Shown in pieces: positions 47,225 to 55,262 of a DNA stretch of 64,000 nt (positions are counted from its first letter, which is position 1; every line of letters begins with the position of its first letter). Made by a program: the position numbers and the translations under genes. The notes below the pieces were generated by a model that did not search any database, was not told where the DNA came from, and saw only the letters and a list, made by a program, of their open reading frames with translations. Origin of the DNA: Minisyncoccota bacterium (GTDB lineage Bacteria > Patescibacteriota > Minisyncoccia > Phycocordibacterales > UBA9973); the NCBI GenBank assembly GCA_041650615.1, contig JBAZKU010000001.1, forward strand, positions 386,360-450,359. Reading direction: 5' to 3'.

Positions 47225-47776
47225 CTATTTGTAATCCGGGCTTTTTTCTGTTATGCCAGCTTTATGGTTTACCAATCTGGCAAAAGCATAAAGGAGACTT
47301 GAAAGACGATTTAAATATGCCAGAGTGGATTCTTTGACAGATACTTTGTTTTCTTCTTTTACTTCCACTACTCTCCTTTCCGCCCTGCGAGAAATAGTGC
47401 GAGAGATATCAAATAGCGTTGCTAATTCCGTCCCCCCGGAAATAAAGAAGGTTTTTATAGGTGGAAGTTCTTTTTCTATGGAATCAATAATGATTTCTAT
47501 TTCTTTTATCTTCTCTTCATCAATAGACATAGATGCCCCAGCGAGTTCTGCTTGAATGATAAATAAATTTTTCTGGATATCGTGAACTGCTTGACCCATC
47601 TCTAATTTGCCGATAAGAATTTTCTCTTTTTTAGCTTTTACTTTACAAAAACCTAAAAAGGAATTTATTTCATCCAGTGAGCCGAGAGCTTCGGCGATAA
47701 CCGAACTTTTGGAAATACGCTGGTCGCATCCGAATGTTTTAGTTGTTCCTTTGTCCCCCTTTCTGGTATAGAGCAT
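47225..47776 (-). CDS. ATP:cob(I)alamin adenosyltransferase, PduO/MMAB type
   Basis: MLYTRKGDKGTT start and family length. Confidence 0.7.
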   Translation of the reverse strand: MLYTRKGDKGTTKTFGCDQRISKSSVIAEALGSLDEINSFLGFCKVKAKKEKILIGKLEMGQAVHDIQKNLFIIQAELAGASMSIDEEKIKEIEIIIDSIEKELPPIKTFFISGGTELATLFDISRTISRRAERRVVEVKEENKVSVKESTLAYLNRLSSLLYAFARLVNHKAGITEKSPDYK

Positions 47777-47785
47777 AATTTAAAA

Positions 47786-48460
47786 TTAACGTCTTATAAT
47801 TAATTCTTCTTCGGGGGTTTCTTTTTTAAGATTTTCTATAATTTTATCGGCAACAAAATTCGGGTCCATAAATTCATTATAATTTTCCGGCTTACGCTCA
47901 TCAAATAAATTTGTTTGCATCCCCCCAGGATAAATTGAAATTACTTTAATATTTTTCCCATCTACCTCTTTTTTAAGAGATTTCGTAAATCCCATTGCAG
48001 CAAATTTACTTGCACAATATGCTGTTTCATTTATTTTACCTTCCAAAGCGCTTGTTGAAAGAATATTTACTATTAATCCAAAACCTTGTTTCCTCATTTG
48101 AACAAGAGCAACCTTAGATCCATATACTGTGCCAAATAAATTAACCTCAATCAAATCGTGAGCTCTTTTCCAATCTGTTTGCTCTATTGGCAAATGTGGC
48201 AACCAAATACCGGCATTATTAATCCAAATATCCAGTTTCCCAAATTTTTTTTCAGTAAAATTTACAATATTCTGTAATTCATTCTCCTTTGTAACGTCTG
48301 CTTTTATACCCAAAATGCCTTTCTCTAAATTTTTAAATTCATTTTCATCTCTAGAACAAACAACAACATTTGAACTATTTTTTAGAAAACACAAAGCTAG
48401 GGCTTTTCCTAATCCTTTTGATCCTCCTGTAATGACTACTACTTTATCTTTCAATTCCAT
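47786..48460 (-). CDS. short-chain dehydrogenase/reductase (SDR) family oxidoreductase
   Basis: VVITGGSKGLGKALA, YCASKFA. Confidence 0.8.
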   Translation of the reverse strand: MELKDKVVVITGGSKGLGKALALCFLKNSSNVVVCSRDENEFKNLEKGILGIKADVTKENELQNIVNFTEKKFGKLDIWINNAGIWLPHLPIEQTDWKRAHDLIEVNLFGTVYGSKVALVQMRKQGFGLIVNILSTSALEGKINETAYCASKFAAMGFTKSLKKEVDGKNIKVISIYPGGMQTNLFDERKPENYNEFMDPNFVADKIIENLKKETPEEELIIRR

Positions 48461-48485
48461 AAGTTAATTATAGCAAATTATTTTG

Positions 48486-48567
48486 TGCCCAGGGGGGGAC
48501 TCGAACCCCCATGCCTCTCGGCGCTACCACCTCAAGGTAGTAAGTCTACCAATTTCTCCACCTGGGC
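48486..48567 (-). tRNA. tRNA-Leu (GAG), type II
   Basis: Long variable arm, anticodon loop TTGAGGT, T-arm GGGGG-TTCGAGT-CCCCC. Confidence 0.75.
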
Positions 48568-48595
48568 ATTTTTTGATTTTAGCATAGTTACTTAA

Positions 48596-48672
48596 ACTAA
48601 AAAACTCGTCGCGGGCGTACTTTTTAGAAAGCATTGCGCAGGCTGACGAGCCGAGCATAGTAAATTTTCAGC
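48596..48672. repeat. GC-rich repeat family 5, copy X (CATTGCGCAGGCTGACGAGCCGAGCATAG)
   Basis: 19-nt core CGCAGGCTGACGAGCCGAG identical (reverse complement) to 50427-50445. Confidence 0.5.
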
Positions 48673-48719
48673 AGAAAATTATGCGCGGTTTATAAAAAGT
48701 ATGCCAAATAAAGAGTTTT

Positions 48720-49118
48720 TTAGTTTTCTACTTTTTCTATTTCTTCTTCCGAGACAATTGAGCGCAATTTTCGGCGAACGTCTTTCACCGCTTTAGCGCG
48801 AACATAGTAAAGTTTAGACTTGCGAGCGCGAGATTTTTTAGTTATTTCAATTTTATCAATAGCTGGAGAATAAAGCGGAAAAATTCTTTCCACCCCGACA
48901 CCCGAAGCAACTCTTCGGACTGTAAAAGTCCCGCCGATTTCCGTACCATGTTTTCTGGCTAGTACTATGCCTTCAAAGGCTTGCAAACGCGTTTTACCTT
49001 TTTCGTCTAAAACTTTGGACCAAACGCGCACAGTATCCCCTGAGTTGAAATCAAGTTTTTTTCTTTCTTCCACGTCAACTGAAGTAAGTTTAGTTTTATC
49101 TATTTTATTTCCTGCCAT
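48720..49118 (-). CDS. rplS: 50S ribosomal protein L19
   Basis: GDTVRVWSKVLDEKGKTRLQAFEGIV. Confidence 0.9.
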   Translation of the reverse strand: MAGNKIDKTKLTSVDVEERKKLDFNSGDTVRVWSKVLDEKGKTRLQAFEGIVLARKHGTEIGGTFTVRRVASGVGVERIFPLYSPAIDKIEITKKSRARKSKLYYVRAKAVKDVRRKLRSIVSEEEIEKVEN

Positions 49119-49312
49119 AATCGTTTTAATCTAACATAAACGAATTTCAAAGGCAAATTTGGGATTTTCTATAAAAATTCGTCTTATGCATTACGCATAT
49201 TATACATCATATTGGCAATAAATTAATTGGGCAGTCAAATTGACTTTTAAACTTATAAAGAATATCGTTAAATTAAATAAATCAATGTTCTTTAAAAGAA
49301 AAGGAGGGAAAA

Positions 49313-50074
49313 ATGAGTACAAATATCTTGAGTGTACAGAGAATTAGGGAAAGGCCAACTAAAATAAGAACTGTAACAATTGAGTACAATAACTATTTAT
49401 CTACCGAGCCTGAAGAACTGATCAGGCTTAACAACGAATATAAGCGACACGTTCCTGAGTTGCTTGCTTTCGTGAAAAAGAATGAAGGGAATTTTGTGAA
49501 ACTTCTTTTCACTAGAATGAACCCTAATGGTTCAATAATCAGGAATATTGTTAAAGGGATTCCCCTCGAAGTTCAAAATACCAGCTTTAGCTTTTTCACA
49601 AGTGAAACTTTAGATAAGAGTGTTTTCTATGTAGATCCTCAAAAAATATTTGTCAGAACGGATAATGTTTTGGGATTTATCCCATCATTACCTAAAACTG
49701 AAATATATCCTTTTGAGAATAATTCCGAAAAAACTCTTGATTTTCTCAAATTTCTGAGAAAAACTAAAAAACTGTTGCTATCTTGCGTTGGAACTGTTCA
49801 CGCTGCCACAATTCATTGGTGGTATAACAAGAAACACAAGCTTTTTCGTGAAGGAGATTATAGAGTTGAGGGATTCATTCGTAAGGTGAACAAATCCAAT
49901 TTTGAATATGACCACTTCCGCACTATTGCTTATATCAACAAGGAAGATTGGTACGTTGATGTGATACCACGTTATGAGATTGACCGATTCATAGCGCCGG
50001 ATAGAGTTCCACGTAAAATAGTAGTTGCGTTCGGTGTCCATCATCATATAAATCCTTGTGATGACGATGAGTGA
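49313..50074 (+). CDS. hypothetical protein (253 aa, no recognisable family)
   Basis: Strong canonical SD AAAGGAGGG 7 nt before the ATG, unlike most genes here. Confidence 0.45.
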   Translation: MSTNILSVQRIRERPTKIRTVTIEYNNYLSTEPEELIRLNNEYKRHVPELLAFVKKNEGNFVKLLFTRMNPNGSIIRNIVKGIPLEVQNTSFSFFTSETLDKSVFYVDPQKIFVRTDNVLGFIPSLPKTEIYPFENNSEKTLDFLKFLRKTKKLLLSCVGTVHAATIHWWYNKKHKLFREGDYRVEGFIRKVNKSNFEYDHFRTIAYINKEDWYVDVIPRYEIDRFIAPDRVPRKIVVAFGVHHHINPCDDDE

Positions 50075-50123
50075 GGGAAAAATTCTAGGGTATTTACACA
50101 ATTTACTGTGCAGATACCCTTTT

Positions 50124-50936
50124 TTATTTTAGATTTATTATTTTTTTGAACTCAAGAGGTAAAGGAGATTCTACTTTTATTGTTTTGTCTTTTAAATTTT
50201 TAAATTCTATGGACTTCGCATGAAGCGCCAATCTTTTTAATCCTTTTGGGCAAGATCCATTCGGATTATAAAGAGAATCACAGGCTACTGGATGGTTTAT
50301 ATATTTCATATGCACGCGGATTTGATGCGTCCGTCCGGTTTTTGGATGAATTTCCAGATAAGAGAATCGCTCCGGCATTTTCTTTTTTGGGTCGCTGTCT
50401 CCGCGTGCTCGCGGAGCGCTGCCTCTCGGCTCGTCAGCCTGCGAGACACCCAAAAAAGGAACTACCGGAGCGGTAAAAAAGCGTTTCAAAACTCTGTACT
50501 CGGTAATTGCTTCGCGAAGTTCTCCCCTTACCCCGCGGCCAGCCAGATGTCGGCGAAAATCTTTCGGACTTCGCCCAATTGGTTTATTTATCGTGCCGTG
50601 GTCATTTTTTACAAATCCGGAAACAATAGAATGATAAGTCTTTTTTATTTCTCTTCCCTTAAATTGATTTTTAAAAAATTCATAAGCTTTTTGGTTTTTC
50701 ACCAAAAGCAAGACTCCAGAAGTTTCTTTATCTAGCCTGTGAACTATTCCTGGTTTTTTTATTTCTTTGCCTTCAAAAAAAATCGGCTCGCCTACATTTT
50801 TTATTTTGGGGTATTTTTTAACAACCCAATCGGTAATCGTTTCTTCTTTACTGCGCCCATCCGGATGCACAGAAACACCAGAGGGTTTATCTATGGCTAA
50901 AATATTAGAATCTTCGAATAAAATTTTAATTCTCAT
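50124..50936 (-). CDS. RluA-family pseudouridine synthase carrying an in-frame 25-aa GC-rich insertion
   Basis: HRLDKETSGVLLL, TGRTHQIRVH; insertion GVSQADEPRGSAPRARGDSDPKKKM encoded by 50383-50457. Confidence 0.8.
   Translation of the reverse strand: MRIKILFEDSNILAIDKPSGVSVHPDGRSKEETITDWVVKKYPKIKNVGEPIFFEGKEIKKPGIVHRLDKETSGVLLLVKNQKAYEFFKNQFKGREIKKTYHSIVSGFVKNDHGTINKPIGRSPKDFRRHLAGRGVRGELREAITEYRVLKRFFTAPVVPFLGVSQADEPRGSAPRARGDSDPKKKMPERFSYLEIHPKTGRTHQIRVHMKYINHPVACDSLYNPNGSCPKGLKRLALHAKSIEFKNLKDKTIKVESPLPLEFKKIINLK
50383..50457. mobile_element. GC-rich palindromic element, family 5 copy Z: 75 bp, 10-bp TIRs TTTTTTGGGT/ACCCAAAAAA, inside the rluA-like ORF in frame
   Basis: Internal palindromes CTCCGCG/CGCGGAG and GTCTC/GAGAC; local GC far above the genome background. 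Confidence 0.5.
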
Positions 50937-50987
50937 AATTGAAATAATATATAAAATAAGCTAGAATAGCCATAGTTAGATACAGAT

Positions 50988-51063
50988 GCGCGGTTAGCTC
51001 AGTTGGTAGAGCAACCCGTTTACACCGGGAAGGTCGGGGGTTCAAGTCCCTCACCGCGCACCA
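50988..51063 (+). tRNA. tRNA-Val (UAC), CCA encoded
   Basis: Anticodon loop TTTACAC, acceptor GCGCGGT/ACCGCGC, ends ACCA. Confidence 0.75.
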
Positions 51064-51064
51064 A

Positions 51065-51136
51065 GCCCTCGTAGTTCAATGGATAGAACAAGGCTCTTCT
51101 AAGGCCTTGATGTAGGTTCGATTCCTACCGAGGGCA
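51065..51136 (+). tRNA. tRNA-Arg (UCU)
   Basis: Anticodon loop CTTCTAA, T-arm GTAGG-TTCGATT-CCTAC. Confidence 0.75.
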
Positions 51137-51144
51137 CAAAAAAA

Positions 51145-51450
51145 TTACAGCGATGGGTCAACAATAGGCGAAGGGGAACTTAAAATTTCAATGGATTTCT
51201 TCTCACGTTCTTTAAAATACTCCAGCACTTTATCAATTCTTTCTTTTTTTATTGCTTCCCGTTCATTGGTACTTAAAACTGGCGGATTCGGTTCCTTGTT
51301 TATTTTTATAAAAAGATAAAAATCAAACACAAAAGAGAGTATAATTAATATGAATGTTATATAAAGAATATACCTCCAATAAAGATCCGGTTTAATCCCC
51401 AACCCTCCTTTTCTGAACCTTTTTTCCCTTTTCAAAAATTTTATTTCCAT
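51145..51450 (-). CDS. small single-pass membrane protein (hypothetical; position after pilO suggests a possible PilP-like accessory)
   Basis: One TM helix, 101 aa; family-1 element fused to its start. Confidence 0.4.
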   Translation of the reverse strand: MEIKFLKREKRFRKGGLGIKPDLYWRYILYITFILIILSFVFDFYLFIKINKEPNPPVLSTNEREAIKKERIDKVLEYFKEREKKSIEILSSPSPIVDPSL

Positions 51451-51521
51451 CCCGTTAGAAATCTTAATATTTATAATTTTTTCTTTTTATTTCCCGTTAG
51501 TGAATTTCTAACGGGATCCAT
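51445..51521. mobile_element. MITE-like element, family 1 copy C: TIRs CCCGTTAGAAAT/ATTTCTAACGGG, flanks TTCCAT/ATCCAT
   Basis: TIRs 51451-51462 and 51504-51515; inner hairpin CCCGTTAG-TGAATTT-CTAACGGG. Confidence 0.5.
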
Positions 51522-51534
51522 ATTTATTAAATTA

Positions 51535-52083
51535 CTAATTTACAAAACTCAAAAGCTTTATCTGAAAAGTCGCTGTCCATTGCGGAGCTTTGGACTTGCT
51601 ATTTTTATCAGCAGATAAATCTCCCCCATTTTGATTTTGAATATCTGCTGAAACAAATTCAAGGTCATATGGAGAGTTTTCTAAAAGAGTTATTAATTTA
51701 TAAATGGTTCCAAAAGTTCCTAAGGCCTTCATTTCAACCATAAGCGAAGAGTTGTTTTTCGTAGGAGTAACAGAAACAACTTCAGCTTTAACTCCTGCTT
51801 CTTTGGCTAATTTTTCAATTGTATCCAAGAAGGGCACAACATCAGAACTTCGCACAAAATGTGTTTCAAGTAAAATCCTTTCCGGCTCTATTTCTTTAAT
51901 TAAATTAGCTAAGAATTTTGTATTTTCTCTTTGCACATCCTCTGTCTGCCACTTTTCTTGCGCCAGTTGCGATCTCTCTTTTTTATTGTTTATAATTATG
52001 TATAAATACACAAAAACAAAACAGGAAAGGAGAAAAAGCATTATGGAGAAAATTAATGATTTTTTTTGAAAGATAAATTGCAT
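51535..52083 (-). CDS. type IV pilus assembly protein PilO-like
   Basis: N-terminal TM, coiled-coil, about 180 aa, follows pilN. Confidence 0.5.
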   Translation of the reverse strand: MQFIFQKKSLIFSIMLFLLSCFVFVYLYIIINNKKERSQLAQEKWQTEDVQRENTKFLANLIKEIEPERILLETHFVRSSDVVPFLDTIEKLAKEAGVKAEVVSVTPTKNNSSLMVEMKALGTFGTIYKLITLLENSPYDLEFVSADIQNQNGGDLSADKNSKSKAPQWTATFQIKLLSFVN

Positions 52084-52084
52084 A

Positions 52085-52633
52085 TTATGAAGGAATTAAG
52101 CTTAGGCTAAATTTAATGTTGGATCCCTGTATAAAATTGGAAATTGGCAAGTCAACTTTTGAAAAAGCTATGTCGTCTTCAAGTGTTTGACGAAATAAAA
52201 GCAAAATTTCACGATTTGGCGCTATCCCGCCAATGTCTATTTTTTTGCCTGTTTGTGAATTATTTTGGTAAGCAATTCTTGTAATTTTAATATTCGGCAT
52301 TTTTTTTAATATAATTTCATTTATCACTTTCTGGGAAAAGATCAATTTGTTTTTTTGAGTATTTTCAATTAAGTCCAACTTATTTTTTAAATCATTAACA
52401 ACTGCCAATGTACTTTGATCAAGAGGGGTGACAGGGTTGCTTGTTTGTAATTCTAACCTTGCGTTAACGGTATTTTCTTCCACAGAAGAAAGAAAATATG
52501 ATGGTAAAATAGCGACGGAAGCGATTAAGAAAGATATTCCCAGCATAATAAAAATAATAGAGGCAAGCCTGAGATAAAAATCTCTAGACATTTTTTTCTT
52601 ATCTTCATTTGGAATTAAATTAATCATGTTCAA
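52085..52633 (-). CDS. pilN: type IV pilus assembly protein PilN
   Basis: INLIPNEDKKK (INLLP hallmark), TM, about 180 aa. Confidence 0.7.
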   Translation of the reverse strand: MNMINLIPNEDKKKMSRDFYLRLASIIFIMLGISFLIASVAILPSYFLSSVEENTVNARLELQTSNPVTPLDQSTLAVVNDLKNKLDLIENTQKNKLIFSQKVINEIILKKMPNIKITRIAYQNNSQTGKKIDIGGIAPNREILLLFRQTLEDDIAFSKVDLPISNFIQGSNIKFSLSLIPS

Positions 52634-53702
52634 AATCTCTTAAAGCAAGCCCTAAGGTGGTAGCAAATGCCAATGATTGATTAAAATTTATTTCCGGAAT
52701 ATATTTCCCCGTATCTCCGATATTTATCCAAACATCGGCCATTTCCACTCTTGTTTTTGTACTGACAGAAAAATACTCGGAAAGTCCTATTAAATTAGAA
52801 TCCCCTCCGCAAAGAATTATTTTTTTAATCGGAGGTCTGTCTTTCCCCTCTTCGTCTTTATGAGTATGCCAATATAAAAAATGTTTTACTATTTCATCAC
52901 GCAAAACAGAAACACCGTTTAAAAGTATGGTAGATACTTCGGGATTAGAAGCGTCACGTTTTAAGCCACACTCTTTCTTCTTTTTTTCCGCTTCCTCAAA
53001 ACTTATCTTTAAATTTTTCTCAATTATATTGGTAAGCATGACCCCTCCCATATCTAAAGTGGAAGTAAAAATGACAATACCGCCGGACACAATAAAAATA
53101 CCGGTGCGTTTTTTACCAAAATCTACTATCATATAAGTTTCCAAATCACCTTTTTTAATAACGGCCCTAACAATAGCCTGCGCTTCAAGTTCAAACGACT
53201 TGGCAGATATTTTGGAATTCTTAAAAATAGACAGGTATTCTTCAATTACATTTTTGGGAATAGCGGCTACTTGTAGTTTTAAACTTTGTTCGTCTTCGCT
53301 CAATAATTCATAATCAAATATGGTATCTTGCGCTGAGATTGGTATATATTCTTCAAGAGAAAGTTCTATCGCTTCTCTGACATTTTCTAATCCTAATTTT
53401 TCCAGTTTAAGATTAAAAAGATAGACCTGCTCTTCTGGTAAAGAAACCCGAACAGATTTCAGTCCTTCTTCATTCCGAAGCGATATTAAAATTTCTTCCA
53501 TTTTTTTGGGGTCTTTAATTTTACCAGATTCAATGATTCCTGACGGTATTTTTTTCTCTCCATAACGATTCACCTTAATGCTATTTCCTGTTTTAATAAG
53601 TTCCACAAATTTTATGGATTCATCTGAAATGTCCAAGCCAAAAGACGGCAACACTAGAAATTTCGGCGTTGGGAAAAATCTCTTAAAAAAATTTCTAAAC
53701 AT
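52620..53702 (-). CDS. pilM: type IV pilus assembly ATPase-fold protein PilM (FtsA/actin-like)
   Basis: FGLDISDESIKFVEL, actin-fold length; leaderless-type start. Confidence 0.8.
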   Translation of the reverse strand: MFRNFFKRFFPTPKFLVLPSFGLDISDESIKFVELIKTGNSIKVNRYGEKKIPSGIIESGKIKDPKKMEEILISLRNEEGLKSVRVSLPEEQVYLFNLKLEKLGLENVREAIELSLEEYIPISAQDTIFDYELLSEDEQSLKLQVAAIPKNVIEEYLSIFKNSKISAKSFELEAQAIVRAVIKKGDLETYMIVDFGKKRTGIFIVSGGIVIFTSTLDMGGVMLTNIIEKNLKISFEEAEKKKKECGLKRDASNPEVSTILLNGVSVLRDEIVKHFLYWHTHKDEEGKDRPPIKKIILCGGDSNLIGLSEYFSVSTKTRVEMADVWINIGDTGKYIPEINFNQSLAFATTLGLALRDFEHD

Positions 53703-53714
53703 TAGAATATTATA

Positions 53715-53752
53715 CCCCGTAGTGAAACTTTTAACAAAGTTCTACTACAGGG
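53715..53752. promoter_or_regulatory. family 3 inverted repeat CCCCGTAGTGAAACTTT-N5-AAAGTTCTACTACAGGG abutting the pilM -10 box
   Basis: Related to the 34919-34999 palindrome upstream of thyA; TATAAT (minus strand) at 53709-53714. Confidence 0.5.
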
Positions 53753-53761
53753 TTATAACCT

Positions 53762-54091
53762 TTATTTTGCTCGCGTACCAGTAGGAATTTCTTCATTAGG
53801 CAAAAGTAAAGAAAACTTGCCGTCTTCGGTAGAAACTGCCAAGATCATCCCCTGGCTTTCAATTCCGCGAATTATTCTTGTTTCCAAATTGGCGACAAAC
53901 ATACATTTTTTGCCGACCAAAACACTGCAATCAGGGAAATACAGTGAAATACCTGAAACTATTTGCCTTGGTTTTTCTTCAGCTAAATCAACAGATAATT
54001 TTAATAATTTGTCCGTATCGGGAATTTTTTCTGCCGACAAAATTTTACCCACCATAATATCAATTTTTTTAAAATCTTCAATGGAAATCAT
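53762..54091 (-). CDS. tRNA-binding protein (Trbp111/CsaA-like OB-fold)
   Basis: DIMVGKILSAEKIPDTDKLLKLSVDLAEE. Confidence 0.8.
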   Translation of the reverse strand: MISIEDFKKIDIMVGKILSAEKIPDTDKLLKLSVDLAEEKPRQIVSGISLYFPDCSVLVGKKCMFVANLETRIIRGIESQGMILAVSTEDGKFSLLLPNEEIPTGTRAK

Positions 54092-54092
54092 A

Positions 54093-54536
54093 TTATTTTA
54101 TTCTATTGTTTATTTTATCTAAATATCGCTGTAATATCAAAGCGGCGGCAGAAGCGTCTATGCGTCCGCTTTTGATTTGTTTCAATTTGCTATGCGTTTG
54201 TGATTTATTTAAATTTTCTTTATTATCTTTTGATCGGCGAGCTTCCACTGACGTTAAAAATTCTTTCTGCTTATAAATTGGCAATTTAAATTTATCTTCC
54301 AGCTCTTTAATAAAAATTTCAATCCTGGCAGATAAAATATTCAATTTTCCCGAAAAATCTACTGATTCTCCAATCACAATTTCTTTAATGTTTTCTCCTT
54401 TTATAATTTCATCCAGCCTTTTAAAACCATTTAAATCGTTAATTATGATTTCCTTTGGAAAAGCCAACACTCCTTCCTCATCCGAGGTAGCCAAGCCAAT
54501 CCTTTTAGTCCCATAATCAATGCCTAAAAAACGCAT
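54093..54536 (-). CDS. ruvX: Holliday-junction resolvase-like pre-16S rRNA nuclease RuvX/YqgF
   Basis: MRFLGIDYGTKRIGLATSD. Confidence 0.85.
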   Translation of the reverse strand: MRFLGIDYGTKRIGLATSDEEGVLAFPKEIIINDLNGFKRLDEIIKGENIKEIVIGESVDFSGKLNILSARIEIFIKELEDKFKLPIYKQKEFLTSVEARRSKDNKENLNKSQTHSKLKQIKSGRIDASAAALILQRYLDKINNRIK

Positions 54537-54550
54537 AGTAAGATACTAGC

Positions 54551-54622
54551 ACCCCCACACTTATATTTGCAATACAACTTCGTTGCGCGCCTTTGGCGCT
54601 TTGCAAATATAAGTGTGGGGGT
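54551..54622. promoter_or_regulatory. 22-bp perfect inverted repeat ACCCCCACACTTATATTTGCAA/TTGCAAATATAAGTGTGGGGGT around a GC hairpin GCGCGCCTTTGGCGC, in the divergent ruvX / 54657 promoter region
   Basis: Read directly; the GTGTGGGGG motif recurs at 56976 and, reverse-complemented, at 9991. Confidence 0.5.
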
Positions 54623-54656
54623 AGCATAAAAAATTTATTTCTGGTATAATGCGTGC

Positions 54657-54926
54657 ATGATGAACCAATTAAATCCGTTTTTAGTTAGTGGAGGGTGGGG
54701 GTATATTACTATTATATTATTGGTGTGGACTTTGTTTTGGAAAGGATGTTCCTTATGGATAGCGGGCAAAAGGGATGAAAAATGGTGGTTTTTAGCGCTC
54801 CTTGTACTTAATACCGCCGGCATCTTAGATATTGTATATATTTTCCTTATTGCCAAAAAGAAGTGGAGTGATGTGCAGGGAATTTTTACTAAAAAAGCAC
54901 CTCAAAATCAATCCGCTAATCAATAA
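54657..54926 (+). CDS. small membrane protein (hypothetical)
   Basis: 2-3 TM helices; TATAAT, 6 nt, then ATG. Confidence 0.45.
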   Translation: MMNQLNPFLVSGGWGYITIILLVWTLFWKGCSLWIAGKRDEKWWFLALLVLNTAGILDIVYIFLIAKKKWSDVQGIFTKKAPQNQSANQ

Positions 54927-55005
54927 ACTAAAAATGCCTCCGCGAGGAGGCTTTTTAGTTTTCAAAGCTTGAGAAAAGTCTTAAAATAAAGTAAGGTAAT
55001 GAAAC

Positions 55006-55090
55006 GGAGGCGTGCGTGAGCGGTTGAAACGAGCGGTCTTGAAAACCGCCATGGCGAAAGCCATCGTGAGTTCGAATCTCACCGCCTCCG
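55006..55090 (+). tRNA. tRNA-Ser (UGA), type II
   Basis: Anticodon loop CTTGAAA, long variable arm, T-arm GTGAG-TTCGAAT-CTCAC. Confidence 0.75.
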
Positions 55091-55262
55091 CTTTGAGCCC
55101 CGCGAAAAGCGGAGGCGAGCAAGCAAACTGCTTTGCTTGCGTGTGAGATGAGAACGACGGAATGTGAAATTTTCAGTAGAAAATTTCCATGAGTCGGTGG
55201 CTAGGCCAAAATTTTACGACGGGAAAATTTTGAGTCGAAGCCGAACCACCGCCTCCGCAAAC

